A stretch of 64,000 bases of DNA from Escherichia coli (lineage in GTDB: Bacteria > Pseudomonadota > Gammaproteobacteria > Enterobacterales > Enterobacteriaceae), in assembly GCF_041248615.1 (NCBI RefSeq), contig NZ_CP158426.1; one strand, 5' to 3'. The notes beneath the pieces are model-generated. The model saw only the letters and a list, made by a program, of their open reading frames with translations, searched no databases and was not told where the DNA came from. Positions 1 to 12,390 of the stretch are shown in pieces (position 1 is the stretch's first letter; every line of letters begins with the position of its first letter). The position numbers were made by a program, and so were the translations under genes.

Positions 1-312
1 AAGATTGCGTGCCGCAATACAGTCGCCCCAACGGTCAGGGACTTCATCGCTGAAAAAGCAGTTTTCATCAATGGCGCGTTTGCATAACGAGTAATCCCAC
101 GAGACGGTAAAATTCTCCGGGATGTGCATTTTCTGGCTGTTACGGGCAAACATAATATGCTGCAGGCGCGCTTCGACATCCACTTTGGTCAGGTAGGTTG
201 ATTCCATATCAGTGACCATTTCCAGCATCTCCAGAAGCTGTCGGACCAGACTTTCCAGTGACTGTTCTTTGGCAAGGGATTGCGAGACGCGGGCGATAAT
301 CTGATCTGACAC
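1..312 (-). CDS. dgcP: Diguanylate cyclase DgcP (YeaP), N-terminal part only; gene runs off the window start
   Basis: Reverse-strand translation from a GTG at ~310-312 reads VSDQIIARVSQSLAKEQSLESLVRQLLEMLEM..., which I recall as the YeaP N-terminus; position next to yoaF fits K-12 synteny. Not in ORF track (no stop inside window). Confidence 0.7.
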   Translation of the reverse strand, partial: MSDQIIARVSQSLAKEQSLESLVRQLLEMLEMVTDMESTYLTKVDVEARLQHIMFARNSQKMHIPENFTVSWDYSLCKRAIDENCFFSDEVPDRWGDCIAARNL

Positions 313-494
313 GAAACAACTCCAGGATACGGCGGGTAAATGCTGATTATTTAATCTTTGCAGGCATGATAAAACATCATCAACAAAGATGAAACAAGGC
401 GTAATATGATTTGAGTGAATGTAATAAAAATAGTGCTGCAAAACAAAACGATACCGCGATACTCTAAGTCTGGATAAATATGTGAGATCAATAA

Positions 495-749
495 ATGAAA
501 ATTATCAGTTTTGTTCTGCCTTGCTTACTGGTCCTGGCTGGTTGTTCAACCCCTTCTCAGCCAGAAGCACCCAAACCGCCGCAGATTGGTATGGCAAATC
601 CGGCGTCGGTCTATTGCCAGCAGAAGGGCGGGACGCTCATTCCAGTGCAGACAGCGCAAGGGGTCAGCAACAATTGCAAATTACCGGGCGGTGAAACGAT
701 TGATGAATGGGCATTGTGGCGACGGGACCATCCGGCTGGTGAAAAATAA
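495..749 (+). CDS. yoaF: Lipoprotein YoaF (DUF333)
   Basis: 84-aa ORF with signal peptide and lipobox (LAGC); recognised as YoaF from recall; synteny. Confidence 0.9.
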   Translation: MKIISFVLPCLLVLAGCSTPSQPEAPKPPQIGMANPASVYCQQKGGTLIPVQTAQGVSNNCKLPGGETIDEWALWRRDHPAGEK

Positions 750-770
750 CCGCCGGATGCTGTACTAAAA

Positions 771-1118
771 TCACAAGCTACGTAGCCAGTCGGCCAGCAC
801 CAGCGCATGGTTCTGCGTGGTGTTTTTTGCTGAGTAGAGCAGGGTCAGCGGCTGTTTTTTGGCGATGTCCGCCAGCCGCTTTCCTTCTTGCTCGTGTTGC
901 GCCAGTTCTGCAAGATATTGCTCGCGAAAGGTTGCAAAATCGACGACTTCGCCGTGAAAGGCTTTGCGCAGTTCCGTTGACGGCGTGATTTCTTTATCCC
1001 ACTCATCAAGGGCTAAATCGGTTTTTTTGATACCACGCGGCCAGAGGCGGTCGACCAGTACGCGATAACCATCGCTCTGTTCTGCCGGATCATAAACGCG
1101 TTTGCACTGAATATTCAT
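771..1118 (-). CDS. yeaO: DUF488 protein YeaO
   Basis: ORF 771..1139; start moved to internal Met (MNIQCKRVYDP...) giving 115 aa as I recall for YeaO. Confidence 0.85.
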   Translation of the reverse strand: MNIQCKRVYDPAEQSDGYRVLVDRLWPRGIKKTDLALDEWDKEITPSTELRKAFHGEVVDFATFREQYLAELAQHEQEGKRLADIAKKQPLTLLYSAKNTTQNHALVLADWLRSL

Positions 1119-1172
1119 CGTGTTTGTTCTCCCTTCCACGCATGATTGGTCACGTCACTATAGCACCGGATA

Positions 1173-2354
1173 TTAGCGAATTTCTTTGTCTCTCCCGGCG
1201 CAAAGTCCGAAAATCGCCATCAGTAGTGAAAGTATGGCAACACCCATCAGTGGTATGGACCAGTCACCGTTAGTATCGTGTATTTTACCCATCAGCGGCG
1301 GCCCACAGGCTGCCAGCAAATACCCGACGGATTGTGCCATCCCCGAGAGTGCCGCCGCCTGATGCGCAGAACTTGCCCGAAGACCAATGAACGTCAACCC
1401 CAGTATCATTGTTGCGCCGGAACCAAAACCGAAAAGCAGAGTCCAGGTGATCGCGTGCGCTGGCATAAAGCAGAGCCCAACCGCGCCCACTGCGCACATC
1501 AAGGCAACGAACGCTGCAATACCACGCTGATCTTTCACATGATGTAAGAAAAGTGGGATCAGCAAACCGGGAGCTGCTGTGGCTAGTTGCAGCAAACCAT
1601 GCAGTGAACCCGCCTGTGCTTCGCTATAGCCGTGACTGATGAGGATCGCCGGAAGCCAGCCAATAATCACGTAATAGACCAGTGAGTTGATCCCAAGAAA
1701 CAATGTTACCTGCCAGGCAAGCGGCGAACGCCAGATACCCCGAGTATGTAAGGCGCGTGAGGTACTCAAATTTGCATGTTGTTGACTTCGCCACTGTGGC
1801 AGCCATAAAAAAAGAGCCAGCAGAGGAAAAGACATCAGCATGAGCAACGCGCCTTGCCAGCCAAAACCGTTCAAAGCCAGCGGCACGACCATAGCCGATC
1901 CCAGTGCCGCTGCAGCTCCCATTGTCAGGGAATATGCGCCGGTAAGTCTGGCGACGGAATGAGGGAAATCGCGTTTAATTAATCCTGGCAGTAAGACATT
2001 GCCTAATGCAATCCCACCGCCAATGACCGCTGTACCGCCAAATAAGAAGTAAGGCGAAGGGAGAGAGCGAATTGCGATGCCAGCACAGATCAAAAGTAAC
2101 GCGGCAAACAGGCTACGTTCCATACCAAAACGTCGCGCCACCGGGGCAGCCAGAGGTGAGATTAGCGCAAAGGCTAATAATGGCAGGGTGGTCAATAAGC
2201 CGGTTTGCGCCGTCGTCAGCGAGTAAGCGGAACGAATCGTATCCAGTAACGGTGCTGCGCCGGTAAAGGTGACGCGTAATGTTGTGGCAATCATTAAAAT
2301 GCCAGCGATAAGGACAATCCTGTTTTTGCCGCTTAATGAAGTTGAACAGGTCAT
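1173..2354 (-). CDS. yeaN: MFS transporter YeaN
   Basis: 393-aa highly hydrophobic ORF with multiple predicted TM segments; synteny with K-12 yeaN. Confidence 0.9.
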   Translation of the reverse strand: MTCSTSLSGKNRIVLIAGILMIATTLRVTFTGAAPLLDTIRSAYSLTTAQTGLLTTLPLLAFALISPLAAPVARRFGMERSLFAALLLICAGIAIRSLPSPYFLFGGTAVIGGGIALGNVLLPGLIKRDFPHSVARLTGAYSLTMGAAAALGSAMVVPLALNGFGWQGALLMLMSFPLLALFLWLPQWRSQQHANLSTSRALHTRGIWRSPLAWQVTLFLGINSLVYYVIIGWLPAILISHGYSEAQAGSLHGLLQLATAAPGLLIPLFLHHVKDQRGIAAFVALMCAVGAVGLCFMPAHAITWTLLFGFGSGATMILGLTFIGLRASSAHQAAALSGMAQSVGYLLAACGPPLMGKIHDTNGDWSIPLMGVAILSLLMAIFGLCAGRDKEIR

Positions 2355-2450
2355 ATGCTTCTCATTGTTACAAACGAGGCTGTACCTTACCGTTTTTATT
2401 GTTATGTTGAATCAAGCTAAAATGACAAATTATCGCTAAATTCGGACAAA

Positions 2451-3272
2451 ATGATGCACAGGTTGAATCTCAATGGCTATGAACCCGACCGACACCATGA
2501 AGCCGCGGTCGCATTTTGTATTCACGCCGGAACGGATGAGTTAACCAGTCCTGTACATCAGCACCGCAAAGGACAGCTGATACTGGCGCTACATGGTGCA
2601 ATTACCTGTACGGTGGAAAATGCTTTGTGGATGGTGCCACCGCAATATGCGGTTTGGATACCGGGCGGAGTGGAACATAGCAATCAAGTGACAGCTAACG
2701 CTGAACTCTGTTTTCTGTTTATCGAACCCAGCGCAGTGACAATGCCGACAACCTGTTGCACATTGAAAATATCGCCCTTATGCCGGGAATTAATTTTAAC
2801 CCTGGCAAACAGGACGTCGACTCAGCGTGCTGAGCCGATGACCCGCAGATTAATTCAGGTCCTGTTTGATGAACTCCCTCAGCAGCCACAACAACAGCTG
2901 CACCTACCCGTTTCTTCTCATCCTAAAATTCGCGCGATGGTGGAGATGATGGCGAAAGAGCCCGTCGAGTGGGGGTCATTGGGGCAATGGGCTCGCTTTT
3001 TTGCGATGAGTGAACGCAATCTTGCCCGACTGATAGTGAAAGAGACGGGGTTGAGTTTTCGCCAGTGGCGTCAGCAGTTACAGCTGATTATGGCGCTTCA
3101 GGGATTAGTGAAAGGCGATACTGTACAGAAAGTTGCTCATACGCTGGGGTATGATTCAACAACGGCCTTTATTACTATGTTTAAGAAAGGCCTGGGGCAA
3201 ACGCCAGGCCGATATATTGCGGGATTAACTACTGTTTCCCCACAATCAGCGAAACCAGACCCGCGGCAATAA
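2451..3272 (+). CDS. yeaM: AraC-family transcriptional regulator YeaM
   Basis: 273-aa ORF with cupin-like N-terminus and C-terminal AraC-type HTH; synteny. Confidence 0.9.
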
Positions 3273-3675
3273 GCGGGCCAACCGGTACGCCGCGAAACAG
3301 CGCCACGCCCAAAACAGTGCCCACCAGCAGCCCGGCGACCAGTTGCGGCTGGCTGCCCATTAACGTCACGCCGCGCCCACCTAGCCAGGAGACAATAACG
3401 CCTACTGCAATTGCCACCAGCGATTTCCAGTTCAGAAACGAGTGAATCAGGGTTGAGGGCGGTAGCGTCCCGCTGGCGATGGGGGCCATAACGCCAATCG
3501 TCAGAATGATTATCCCGATACTTAGCCCCTGTTTTTCAATCCACGGGAAAAAGGTGCTTAACGGTGTGACGCGGACAATGATTAACACCAGAATTGAAAC
3601 GGCGACAGTGGTGTTATGACTGATAAAGCCCAGCGCAGCTAACCCGAGCAGGATCAGCAAAGTGACATCAAACAT
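3229..3675 (-). CDS. yeaL: Inner membrane protein YeaL (UPF0756)
   Basis: 148-aa hydrophobic ORF; synteny. Confidence 0.9.
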
Positions 3676-3844
3676 CGTGGTTTCCTTGCCAAAAAATAAT
3701 AAGCCTGCTTACTTTACGCTTGCTGCAGGAAGGAAGTAGAAAATCTTTACGTTTTTTGCATAAAAAATCAGGCGAACTGTCATCAAACTGCAATTTGTGC
3801 ACGCTAACAATAACGTGAAAACAGCTATCTCCCGGGGGCATACT

Positions 3845-3949
3845 ATGAACGATCAAATGTTCGTCGAGACACTGATTATCACGTCATCGTTTTTTGCCAT
3901 TGCTGTTGTGCTGGTTTTGTCCGTTCTTCTTATCGAACGGACAGGCTAG
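3845..3949 (+). CDS. yoaI: Small membrane protein YoaI (34 aa)
   Basis: ATG at 3845 translates to [34 protein letters not shown], matching the K-12 small protein as I recall; below the ORF-track size cutoff. Confidence 0.7.
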   Translation: MNDQMFVETLIITSSFFAIAVVLVLSVLLIERTG

Positions 3950-4453
3950 TTACGCAGTGCGGCGGAAATTGACCAGTTCTGGTTGCGCAATGCGCAAATA
4001 ATCCGCGGTTTTCAAAATAACGGATTTATCCAGCATGCCTGCATTGAAGGCGATTTCATCAAATCGTTCGAAGAGTAGGGGATCGGCAACCAGTTTGAGT
4101 TTTGGATGGAAGCTGAAAGGGGGGATCGCGCCGAAGACACAGCCTGTGAGTTCATCGACTTCCGCCGGGCTGGCCAACGAAGCGCGTAATCCGCCTATAT
4201 GGCTGGCGAGTTGGCTCAGATCGGCCTGTTGATCGGCAGCGAGGATCGCCAGAACATGTTGATTTACACCATTGCCTTTGACTTTACATACCAGTGCCTT
4301 AGCCCCCTGGCCTAAAGCGGTGCCACGAATTTCTGACACCGCTTCACATTTACCTACCGCTTCATGGGTAACGACGCGGAAGTCAGCACCTTCTTGTGAT
4401 AATAAAGCGATTAACCGCTGATGCGTCATGCTTCCTTTAGCCATTTCAGTCAT
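3950..4453 (-). CDS. yeaK: YbaK/ProX-type aminoacyl-tRNA deacylase YeaK
   Basis: 167-aa ORF; synteny and family recognised from recall. Confidence 0.9.
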   Translation of the reverse strand: MTEMAKGSMTHQRLIALLSQEGADFRVVTHEAVGKCEAVSEIRGTALGQGAKALVCKVKGNGVNQHVLAILAADQQADLSQLASHIGGLRASLASPAEVDELTGCVFGAIPPFSFHPKLKLVADPLLFERFDEIAFNAGMLDKSVILKTADYLRIAQPELVNFRRTA

Positions 4454-4495
4454 TTCATGCTCCTGAGATTACAAGCAAACAACCACAGAAGGTTA

Positions 4496-5986
4496 TCATG
4501 AACGGCTGTTTTTGTTCTGCTTATTGACATATAAACGCTCATCGGAAGCTTTATACGCATCATGTAACGTATCGTTTTCTTTCATCGCGTAAATACCGGA
4601 AGAGAAGCCGATCTCTTTCTGCGGCGCGATATGTTGCAGACGTTTTTCGATACGTTCAGGCAGTTGTGCTGCAATTTGCGGCGTCGAATCGACTAGAATG
4701 ATGCAGAATTCATCGCCACCGAGTCGGATGGCATAATCACTTTTACGAATCGACTGTTTAATCGCCTGAGCTAATAACGTAATCGCTAAATCCCCCTCCT
4801 GATGACCGAGGGTGTCATTTATTTGCTTTAACTTGTCCATGTCAATTGCAATAAACATCACCGAAGAACCGGATTGCACCAGTTTTTGCAACCGCTGCTC
4901 CAGTTCAGGGGTTAAAATTTTGCGATTATACAGTCCTGTCATCGCATCACTAATATTTTCTCGCGACACATTTTGGTATAAACGGAAGTGCATCCGCACC
5001 ATATTCAGCAAAATTAACGCCGTCAAAATCCAGAACAGAACGCTTTTCCACGAAGACGTGATAAAGTAAAGAATATCAATGGATAACGAGACACGAATGC
5101 CGCCCGGTAAGTCATGGACGTAACTGACATACTGGAACAGATTATCTTCGCTCTGGTTGATGATAATGTCGCGCCCCGAATCGGTATCGGTTAGCGTGAC
5201 ATTGAGAAAACGCCAGAGGAGAGGGCGGTCATGAGTGTAAAAGATATTCCGCAGATTGTTTTTGTTAATATCCAGCAGCACAATCCCTTTTAGCTGCCCT
5301 GCGACATATACCGGCGTCAGCAAACTCATCACGTTCTGTTTAGTACGCTGATCCTGGTAAATGCTCGATAAAACGGTACGCCCGGTAAATACCTTTTCAA
5401 TATCTTTGCGATCGATGCCAATACTTCCTGACTGCAGGAAAGACCAGTTATTCATCGCAAAGTACTCAACATTAACCGGCTCATAAAAATAGACATAGCG
5501 GTCATTGAGATCGAGATAATAGTGAAATTTCTCTTCGGCCATCCCAAGACCTGAACCGTAATCATCCTGGTGGCGGTTGCCTTCCACTGCCTGATCAAAA
5601 GCGGGTAATAGTGCTGCAGCTTCCACAATTGTGTCGCAGTCAGTGGATGCGGTTTGTAGTGTGCCGCGTAAGCCAGGGTATTTATGGGCAGTCAGGTTTA
5701 AGCCATGGGTATTATTTGCAGACTCAAAAGCCTCGCAGATGGTGCGCCGCTGTTCTGGCGACACTTCCGACTGCTCAGCAGCGAGAGCGCGCATCACATG
5801 CGCGGCAATACTCTGATTCTGATACTTATCATAAAGAAAGGAGGAGTCTGCTCTCTGCACGATATAGCGCAGATAGGCACTCATTGCTCTGTCACTGGCG
5901 ACAAGTTCAAAAATAAGGAAGGAAGATGTCAGCACAATGACACTTGCGGCGATAAAATGCCGGAGCATTCTATGGTGCAATTTCAT
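4496..5986 (-). CDS. dgcJ: Diguanylate cyclase DgcJ (YeaJ)
   Basis: ORF 4496..6166 (556 aa); start set to internal Met MKLHHRMLRHF... giving 496 aa; C-terminal GGDEF motif present (RLGGDEF). Confidence 0.85.
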   Translation of the reverse strand: MKLHHRMLRHFIAASVIVLTSSFLIFELVASDRAMSAYLRYIVQRADSSFLYDKYQNQSIAAHVMRALAAEQSEVSPEQRRTICEAFESANNTHGLNLTAHKYPGLRGTLQTASTDCDTIVEAAALLPAFDQAVEGNRHQDDYGSGLGMAEEKFHYYLDLNDRYVYFYEPVNVEYFAMNNWSFLQSGSIGIDRKDIEKVFTGRTVLSSIYQDQRTKQNVMSLLTPVYVAGQLKGIVLLDINKNNLRNIFYTHDRPLLWRFLNVTLTDTDSGRDIIINQSEDNLFQYVSYVHDLPGGIRVSLSIDILYFITSSWKSVLFWILTALILLNMVRMHFRLYQNVSRENISDAMTGLYNRKILTPELEQRLQKLVQSGSSVMFIAIDMDKLKQINDTLGHQEGDLAITLLAQAIKQSIRKSDYAIRLGGDEFCIILVDSTPQIAAQLPERIEKRLQHIAPQKEIGFSSGIYAMKENDTLHDAYKASDERLYVNKQNKNSRS

Positions 5987-6166
5987 GATAAATGGCACTC
6001 CTTCGGTTAGTGAAACGAGAAAACCAGATAAAGTTCGATTGCGGCCTGGCACAGGGGCGCTAATTATACTCATCTCTGCGCCGCTGGGGAGGGGAAATTT
6101 AGGGGTAATAGTAATAAATTGTATGCAAAAGCCACGCAAAAAGCATGGCTCTGAATATTTTTGCAC

Positions 6167-7642
6167 TTAAATATGATGAATAATCACTTTGTTGCCCCCC
6201 TCGCTTTTCGCTTCGCGTAAGGCTTTATCTGCTTCCGTCATGACAAGCGAGATATTACGTGTGTCACCCGTTGAAAAAACCGTGCCAATACTGATGGTCA
6301 TTTGCTCAGGAACATCATATCTGTTACTAAAGCCGGTCAGGAGTTCGACATTTTTACGCATACGTTCCGCAATGATTTTTGCCTGGGCACTATTGAGTTC
6401 GGTAAATAGCAAGCCAAACACCTCACCCTCCAGTCGCGCTAAAATATCATCGGGGCGGATGCTTTGCTGGATAATATCGACAATTGAAACCAGCACTTTA
6501 TCACCCACACGATGTCCCCATTGGGCATTGATGCGTTTGAACTGATTAATATCAACCAGCATGACACAGAAGTCCTTAACAACAGGTCGCGACAATAATG
6601 ACTCTACGCTGTTGAAAAAGTAGCGCCGATTATAAATATTGGTCAGCACATCATGAACTGCCAGTTTGCTGGAGAGTTGCAGTTCCTGAAAAATGTTATA
6701 AATCAGAAAAGACACAACAAACAGTTTACTGGAGACTTCAATCCCGCGACTGATATACCAGATGGTGTAATTATACTCATCCAGAGTTAGTAGAAGTAAG
6801 TTGCAGCATAGCGATGCCAGACATAATAATGCTATTAACGGCCATAGTTCGCTGGCTAATCGTGTACGCATGATAATAAAGAACAGTAAAAATGCCCACA
6901 GACAAACCAATATTTTTGTATAGTTGATTCCCCAGGTCGCAGTATGGTTGTCCGGACAGTAATCGACGACATACAAAGAATAGTCAGCGTTATAACTGCT
7001 CAGATTGTGTGCCAGAAGGGGAAAAACTAAAAAAGGAATCAGCGCCAGTAACAGAATGCCAGTTTTTTTCTTATTGTTGTCAAGGATGTTGTCTTTCCCA
7101 TAACAAAAGAGCGCCAGCGAGGTTAAACAAATGAAACTGAGTTGGCGGAAAATATAGAAAATAGAAACATCATTCGACTTTGTCTGGATCAGTGTACTGC
7201 CGTTGATTGGTTTATGGATAATTACAATGGTTTCAACTAAATAGATAAGGCCACTTAAAAATGCAAGGCTTAAAATGAGTGTTGGTAAAATTTGTTTGTT
7301 AGTGAAATACTTCATTAACATGAAAAGAAAAATGACGGCGTTAAGGAAAAACAAAGCCACAACAACCATCAGGTAATTCATCTGTGGGATGAGTTTTACA
7401 TTCGTGTTTTCGTTATATAAGGTAGTAATGCAAAATAAAATTAACGTCAGCAATAAGCTGAAAATAAAAAAGCCTTGAGCTTTTAATTTTTGTGTACCCA
7501 TAGAAGCCATAAAAAGGAGAGCAATGTGAGTGCTGGATTTTATTGATGGCAGAGATATATAGTTTTGACCAAGATCAATTTTCGTTAACGATAAAAAATA
7601 TTTAAAGAATAACCCCAGGGAAACACGTGTTGACCGAATCAT
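6167..7642 (-). CDS. cdgI: Degenerate GGDEF-domain membrane protein CdgI (YeaI)
   Basis: 491-aa ORF with N-terminal TM region and C-terminal GGDEF-like domain (RLEGEVFG); synteny. Confidence 0.85.
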   Translation of the reverse strand: MIRSTRVSLGLFFKYFLSLTKIDLGQNYISLPSIKSSTHIALLFMASMGTQKLKAQGFFIFSLLLTLILFCITTLYNENTNVKLIPQMNYLMVVVALFFLNAVIFLFMLMKYFTNKQILPTLILSLAFLSGLIYLVETIVIIHKPINGSTLIQTKSNDVSIFYIFRQLSFICLTSLALFCYGKDNILDNNKKKTGILLLALIPFLVFPLLAHNLSSYNADYSLYVVDYCPDNHTATWGINYTKILVCLWAFLLFFIIMRTRLASELWPLIALLCLASLCCNLLLLTLDEYNYTIWYISRGIEVSSKLFVVSFLIYNIFQELQLSSKLAVHDVLTNIYNRRYFFNSVESLLSRPVVKDFCVMLVDINQFKRINAQWGHRVGDKVLVSIVDIIQQSIRPDDILARLEGEVFGLLFTELNSAQAKIIAERMRKNVELLTGFSNRYDVPEQMTISIGTVFSTGDTRNISLVMTEADKALREAKSEGGNKVIIHHI

Positions 7643-7788
7643 TTTTCCGAATGATTGTTTTCTGGAACTAAATTGTGTAAAGGTTATGCTGTCATATTTA
7701 AAGCGATTGTAAGCTAATGTATGTAATAAATGAGATAATTTACAGTGAGCTAAAAATCAGCCAGGCGATAATGACCCGGCTGATAGTT

Positions 7789-9084
<1,296 letters not shown>

Positions 9085-9184
9085 CTACATTTGCCAACTG
9101 TATGCTACGCCTGTGTTGCCGCTTCTCTGGCCCACGGTTCGCTGTCGTTGTAGGCCCGGTAGCATGTGTACCGGGCCAGGGTTG

Positions 9185-11119
9185 TTAAGACGATTTACGT
9201 ACGCGCAAATACCATTCGCACAGTAAACGCACCTGTTTACGGGTGTAGCCTTTTTCCATCATACGGTCGACAAAATCGTCGTGTTTCTTTTGCTCGTCGG
9301 TTGACGTTTTGGCGTTAAACGAAATAACCGGCAACAGCTCCTCGGTATTGGAGAACATTTTCTTCTCAATAACCGTGCGCAGTTTTTCATAGCTGGTCCA
9401 GTTCGGATTGCGTCCGCTGTTATTCGCTCTGGCGCGCAGTACGAAGTTAACAATCTCGTTGCGGAAATCTTTTGGATTACTGATCCCCGCCGGTTTCTCG
9501 ATTTTCTCCAGCTCGGCGTTAAGAGACTCGCGATCAAACAGCTGCCCGGTATCCGGATCGCGATACTCCTGATCCTGAATCCAGAAATCCGCGTAGGTAA
9601 CATAACGGTCGAAAATGTTTTGCCCATATTCGGAATAGGATTCAAGGTAGGCCGTCTGGATCTCTTTGCCGATAAACTCGGCATATTTCGGGATCAGATA
9701 ACCTTTCAGGAACTCCAGATAGCGTTCTGCCTGCTCTTGCGGGAACTGCTCGCGCTCGATCTGCTGTTCCAGGACGTAGAACAGATGGACCGGGTTTGCC
9801 GCCACTTCTACATGATCGAAGTTGAACACGCGGGAGAGGATCTTAAACGCAAAACGCGTCGACAGACCGTTCATCCCTTCATCGACACCGGCGTAGTCAC
9901 GATATTCCTGATACGACTTGGCTTTGGGATCTGTGTCTTTCAGACTTTCGCCATCATAAACCCGCATCTTTGAATAAATGCTGGAGTTTTCTGGCTCTTT
10001 AAGGCGCGAAAGAATGGAAAAACGTGACAGCGTTTCCAGCGTGCCAGGGGCGCAGGGGGCGTGAGTCAATTCACTGTGATTAAGCAATTTCTCGTAGATT
10101 TTGATCTCTTCGGAAATGCGCAAGCAATACGGCACCTTCACGATGTAAACACGATCAAGGAAGGCTTCGTTGTTTTTGTTATTACGGAAAGTGACCCATT
10201 CGGATTCGTTCGAGTGGGCGAGAATAATCCCGTTGAACGGCAGGGCGGAGATACCTTCCGTCCCGTTGTAGTTACCTTCCTGAGTGGCGGTTAGCAAGGG
10301 ATGCAGCACTTTAATCGGTGCTTTAAACATCTCAACGAATTCCATGATCCCCTGGTTGGCGCGGCACAGTGCACCGGAATAGCCGTAGGCGTCCGGGTCA
10401 TTCTGCGCGTAGTGTTCGAGTTTACGAATATCGACTTTCCCAACCAGCGCGGAGATGTCCTGGTTGTTCTCATCACCGGGTTCCGTTTTGGCGATAGCAA
10501 TTTGTTGCAGAATTGACGGCCAGACCTTCACTACCCGGAACTTAGTGATATCGCCACCAAATTCATGCAGGCGTTTTGCCGCCCACGGCGACATGATGGT
10601 GCCGAGATAACGGCGAGGAATGCCATACTCTTTTTCCAGAATCTGCGCATCTTCCTGCGGATTGAAAAGACAGAACGGATGATCGTTGACCGGGCTACGC
10701 TCACCGTTGGCGCTCAATACATAAATCGGTACGAGCTGCATTAATGATTTCAGTCGCTCAGCAAGCGATGATTTACCCCCACCCACAGGCCCCAGCAGAT
10801 ACAGGATTTGTTTCTTCTCTTCCAGCCCCTGAGCCGCGTGTTTCAGATAAGAGACAATCTGTTCAATCGCGTCTTCCATGCCGTAAAACTCTTCAAACGC
10901 CGGATAACGTGCAATGACCCGGTTAGAAAAGAGTCGAGAAAGTCTGGGTTCCTGGGCTGTATCGACCATGACAGGCTCACCGATAGCCATCAATAGCCGC
11001 TCAGCCGCGTTGGCATAAGCACTGCGATCTTGCCGACAAGTGGTAAGAAACTCCTGCAGTGTGAACTCTTCGTCCTTGGCAGCTTCATATCGCTGGCGAT
11101 AGTGATCGAATATATTCAT
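9185..11119 (-). CDS. yeaG: PrkA-family serine protein kinase YeaG
   Basis: 644-aa ORF with Walker A motif (GPVGGGKSS); synteny. Confidence 0.9.
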   Translation of the reverse strand: MNIFDHYRQRYEAAKDEEFTLQEFLTTCRQDRSAYANAAERLLMAIGEPVMVDTAQEPRLSRLFSNRVIARYPAFEEFYGMEDAIEQIVSYLKHAAQGLEEKKQILYLLGPVGGGKSSLAERLKSLMQLVPIYVLSANGERSPVNDHPFCLFNPQEDAQILEKEYGIPRRYLGTIMSPWAAKRLHEFGGDITKFRVVKVWPSILQQIAIAKTEPGDENNQDISALVGKVDIRKLEHYAQNDPDAYGYSGALCRANQGIMEFVEMFKAPIKVLHPLLTATQEGNYNGTEGISALPFNGIILAHSNESEWVTFRNNKNNEAFLDRVYIVKVPYCLRISEEIKIYEKLLNHSELTHAPCAPGTLETLSRFSILSRLKEPENSSIYSKMRVYDGESLKDTDPKAKSYQEYRDYAGVDEGMNGLSTRFAFKILSRVFNFDHVEVAANPVHLFYVLEQQIEREQFPQEQAERYLEFLKGYLIPKYAEFIGKEIQTAYLESYSEYGQNIFDRYVTYADFWIQDQEYRDPDTGQLFDRESLNAELEKIEKPAGISNPKDFRNEIVNFVLRARANNSGRNPNWTSYEKLRTVIEKKMFSNTEELLPVISFNAKTSTDEQKKHDDFVDRMMEKGYTRKQVRLLCEWYLRVRKSS

Positions 11120-11554
11120 GGTATGCCGTCCTTTCGTTTTTTAGCACAGGTTAAGAGCCGTTCATATGAATAGTAGAGGCTCCCGGAAGAGGTAAACTGA
11201 ACGACGTCTCTTGCTAAAACACAGCAACTCTCATGCCATTTTATCGACGATGAGAACAACGTGCCCGGTGATACACCTTCAAAATTAAGCGTAGATGGCA
11301 AATGGAAAACTTGCCTGCACGGCTTTCTTAATTTCAATGGCATATCAACAACTCATCCATAAATTTTGCATAATTAATGTAAAGACCAGGGTCGCCAGTA
11401 ACGCTAAATTCATTTGGCTGTAAGCGCGGTGTCATCCGCGTCAGGAAAATTAAACAGTTACTTTAAAAAATGAAAACGTAAAAAGGTTGGGTTTCGATGT
11501 ATTGACGGGTAAACTTTGTCGCCCGCTAAACATTTGTTTAAGGAATGATTAATT

Positions 11555-12301
11555 GTGACCAAACTCAAACTTCTGGCACTTGGAGTGCTTATCGCAACGT
11601 CTGCAGGCGTAGCGCACGCTGAAGGTAAATTTTCCCTGGGCGCAGGCGTAGGTGTCGTTGAACACCCATATAAAGATTACGATACCGATGTTTACCCAGT
11701 ACCGGTAATCAACTATGAAGGCGATAACTTCTGGTTCCGTGGCTTAGGTGGTGGTTACTACCTGTGGAATGACGCAACGGACAAACTTTCAATTACCGCT
11801 TACTGGTCGCCGCTTTACTTCAAAGCGAAAGACAGTGGCGATCACCAAATGCGTCACCTGGATGACCGTAAGAGCACCATGATGGCTGGTCTGTCTTATG
11901 CTCACTTTACCCAGTACGGTTACCTGCGTACCACCCTGGCTGGCGATACCCTGGATAACAGCAACGGCATTGTCTGGGATATGGCCTGGTTGTATCGTTA
12001 CACCAACGGCGGCCTGACCGTGACTCCGGGTATTGGTGTGCAGTGGAACAGCGAAAACCAGAACGAATACTATTATGGCGTATCGCGCAAAGAGTCCGCT
12101 CGCAGCGGTCTGCGTGGCTATAACCCGAACGACAGCTGGAGCCCTTACCTGGAGCTGAGCGCCAGCTACAACTTCCTCGGCGACTGGAGTGTTTACGGTA
12201 CCGCGCGCTACACCCGTCTGTCTGATGAAGTTACTGACAGCCCGATGGTGGATAAATCCTGGACTGGCCTGATTTCTACCGGGATCACCTACAAATTCTG
12301 A
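11555..12301 (+). CDS. mipA: MltA-interacting outer membrane protein MipA
   Basis: 248-aa ORF with signal peptide, GTG start, C-terminal aromatic residue typical of beta-barrel; recognised as MipA. Confidence 0.9.
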   Translation: MTKLKLLALGVLIATSAGVAHAEGKFSLGAGVGVVEHPYKDYDTDVYPVPVINYEGDNFWFRGLGGGYYLWNDATDKLSITAYWSPLYFKAKDSGDHQMRHLDDRKSTMMAGLSYAHFTQYGYLRTTLAGDTLDNSNGIVWDMAWLYRYTNGGLTVTPGIGVQWNSENQNEYYYGVSRKESARSGLRGYNPNDSWSPYLELSASYNFLGDWSVYGTARYTRLSDEVTDSPMVDKSWTGLISTGITYKF

Positions 12302-12336
12302 TAATGCATCTTTCCAGGGCATTTTGTGCATAAAAA

Positions 12337-12357
12337 CAGGGCGTCACGCCCTGTTTT
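12337..12357 (+). terminator. Putative rho-independent terminator downstream of mipA
   Basis: GC-rich inverted repeat CAGGGCG-tca-CGCCCTG followed by TTTT. Confidence 0.5.
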
Positions 12358-12390
12358 GCATTACGGTGGTGCAATACCTGGGAGGAAACA

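Noticed and set aside
5987-6166. N-terminal extension of the yeaJ ORF in the track (start at 6166)
   Set aside because: The extension translates to non-protein-like sequence; the internal Met gives the 496-aa product I recall for YeaJ. The same reasoning was applied to the ansA, ynjD, ynjC, topB, selD, msrB, yeaC and ydjH starts.
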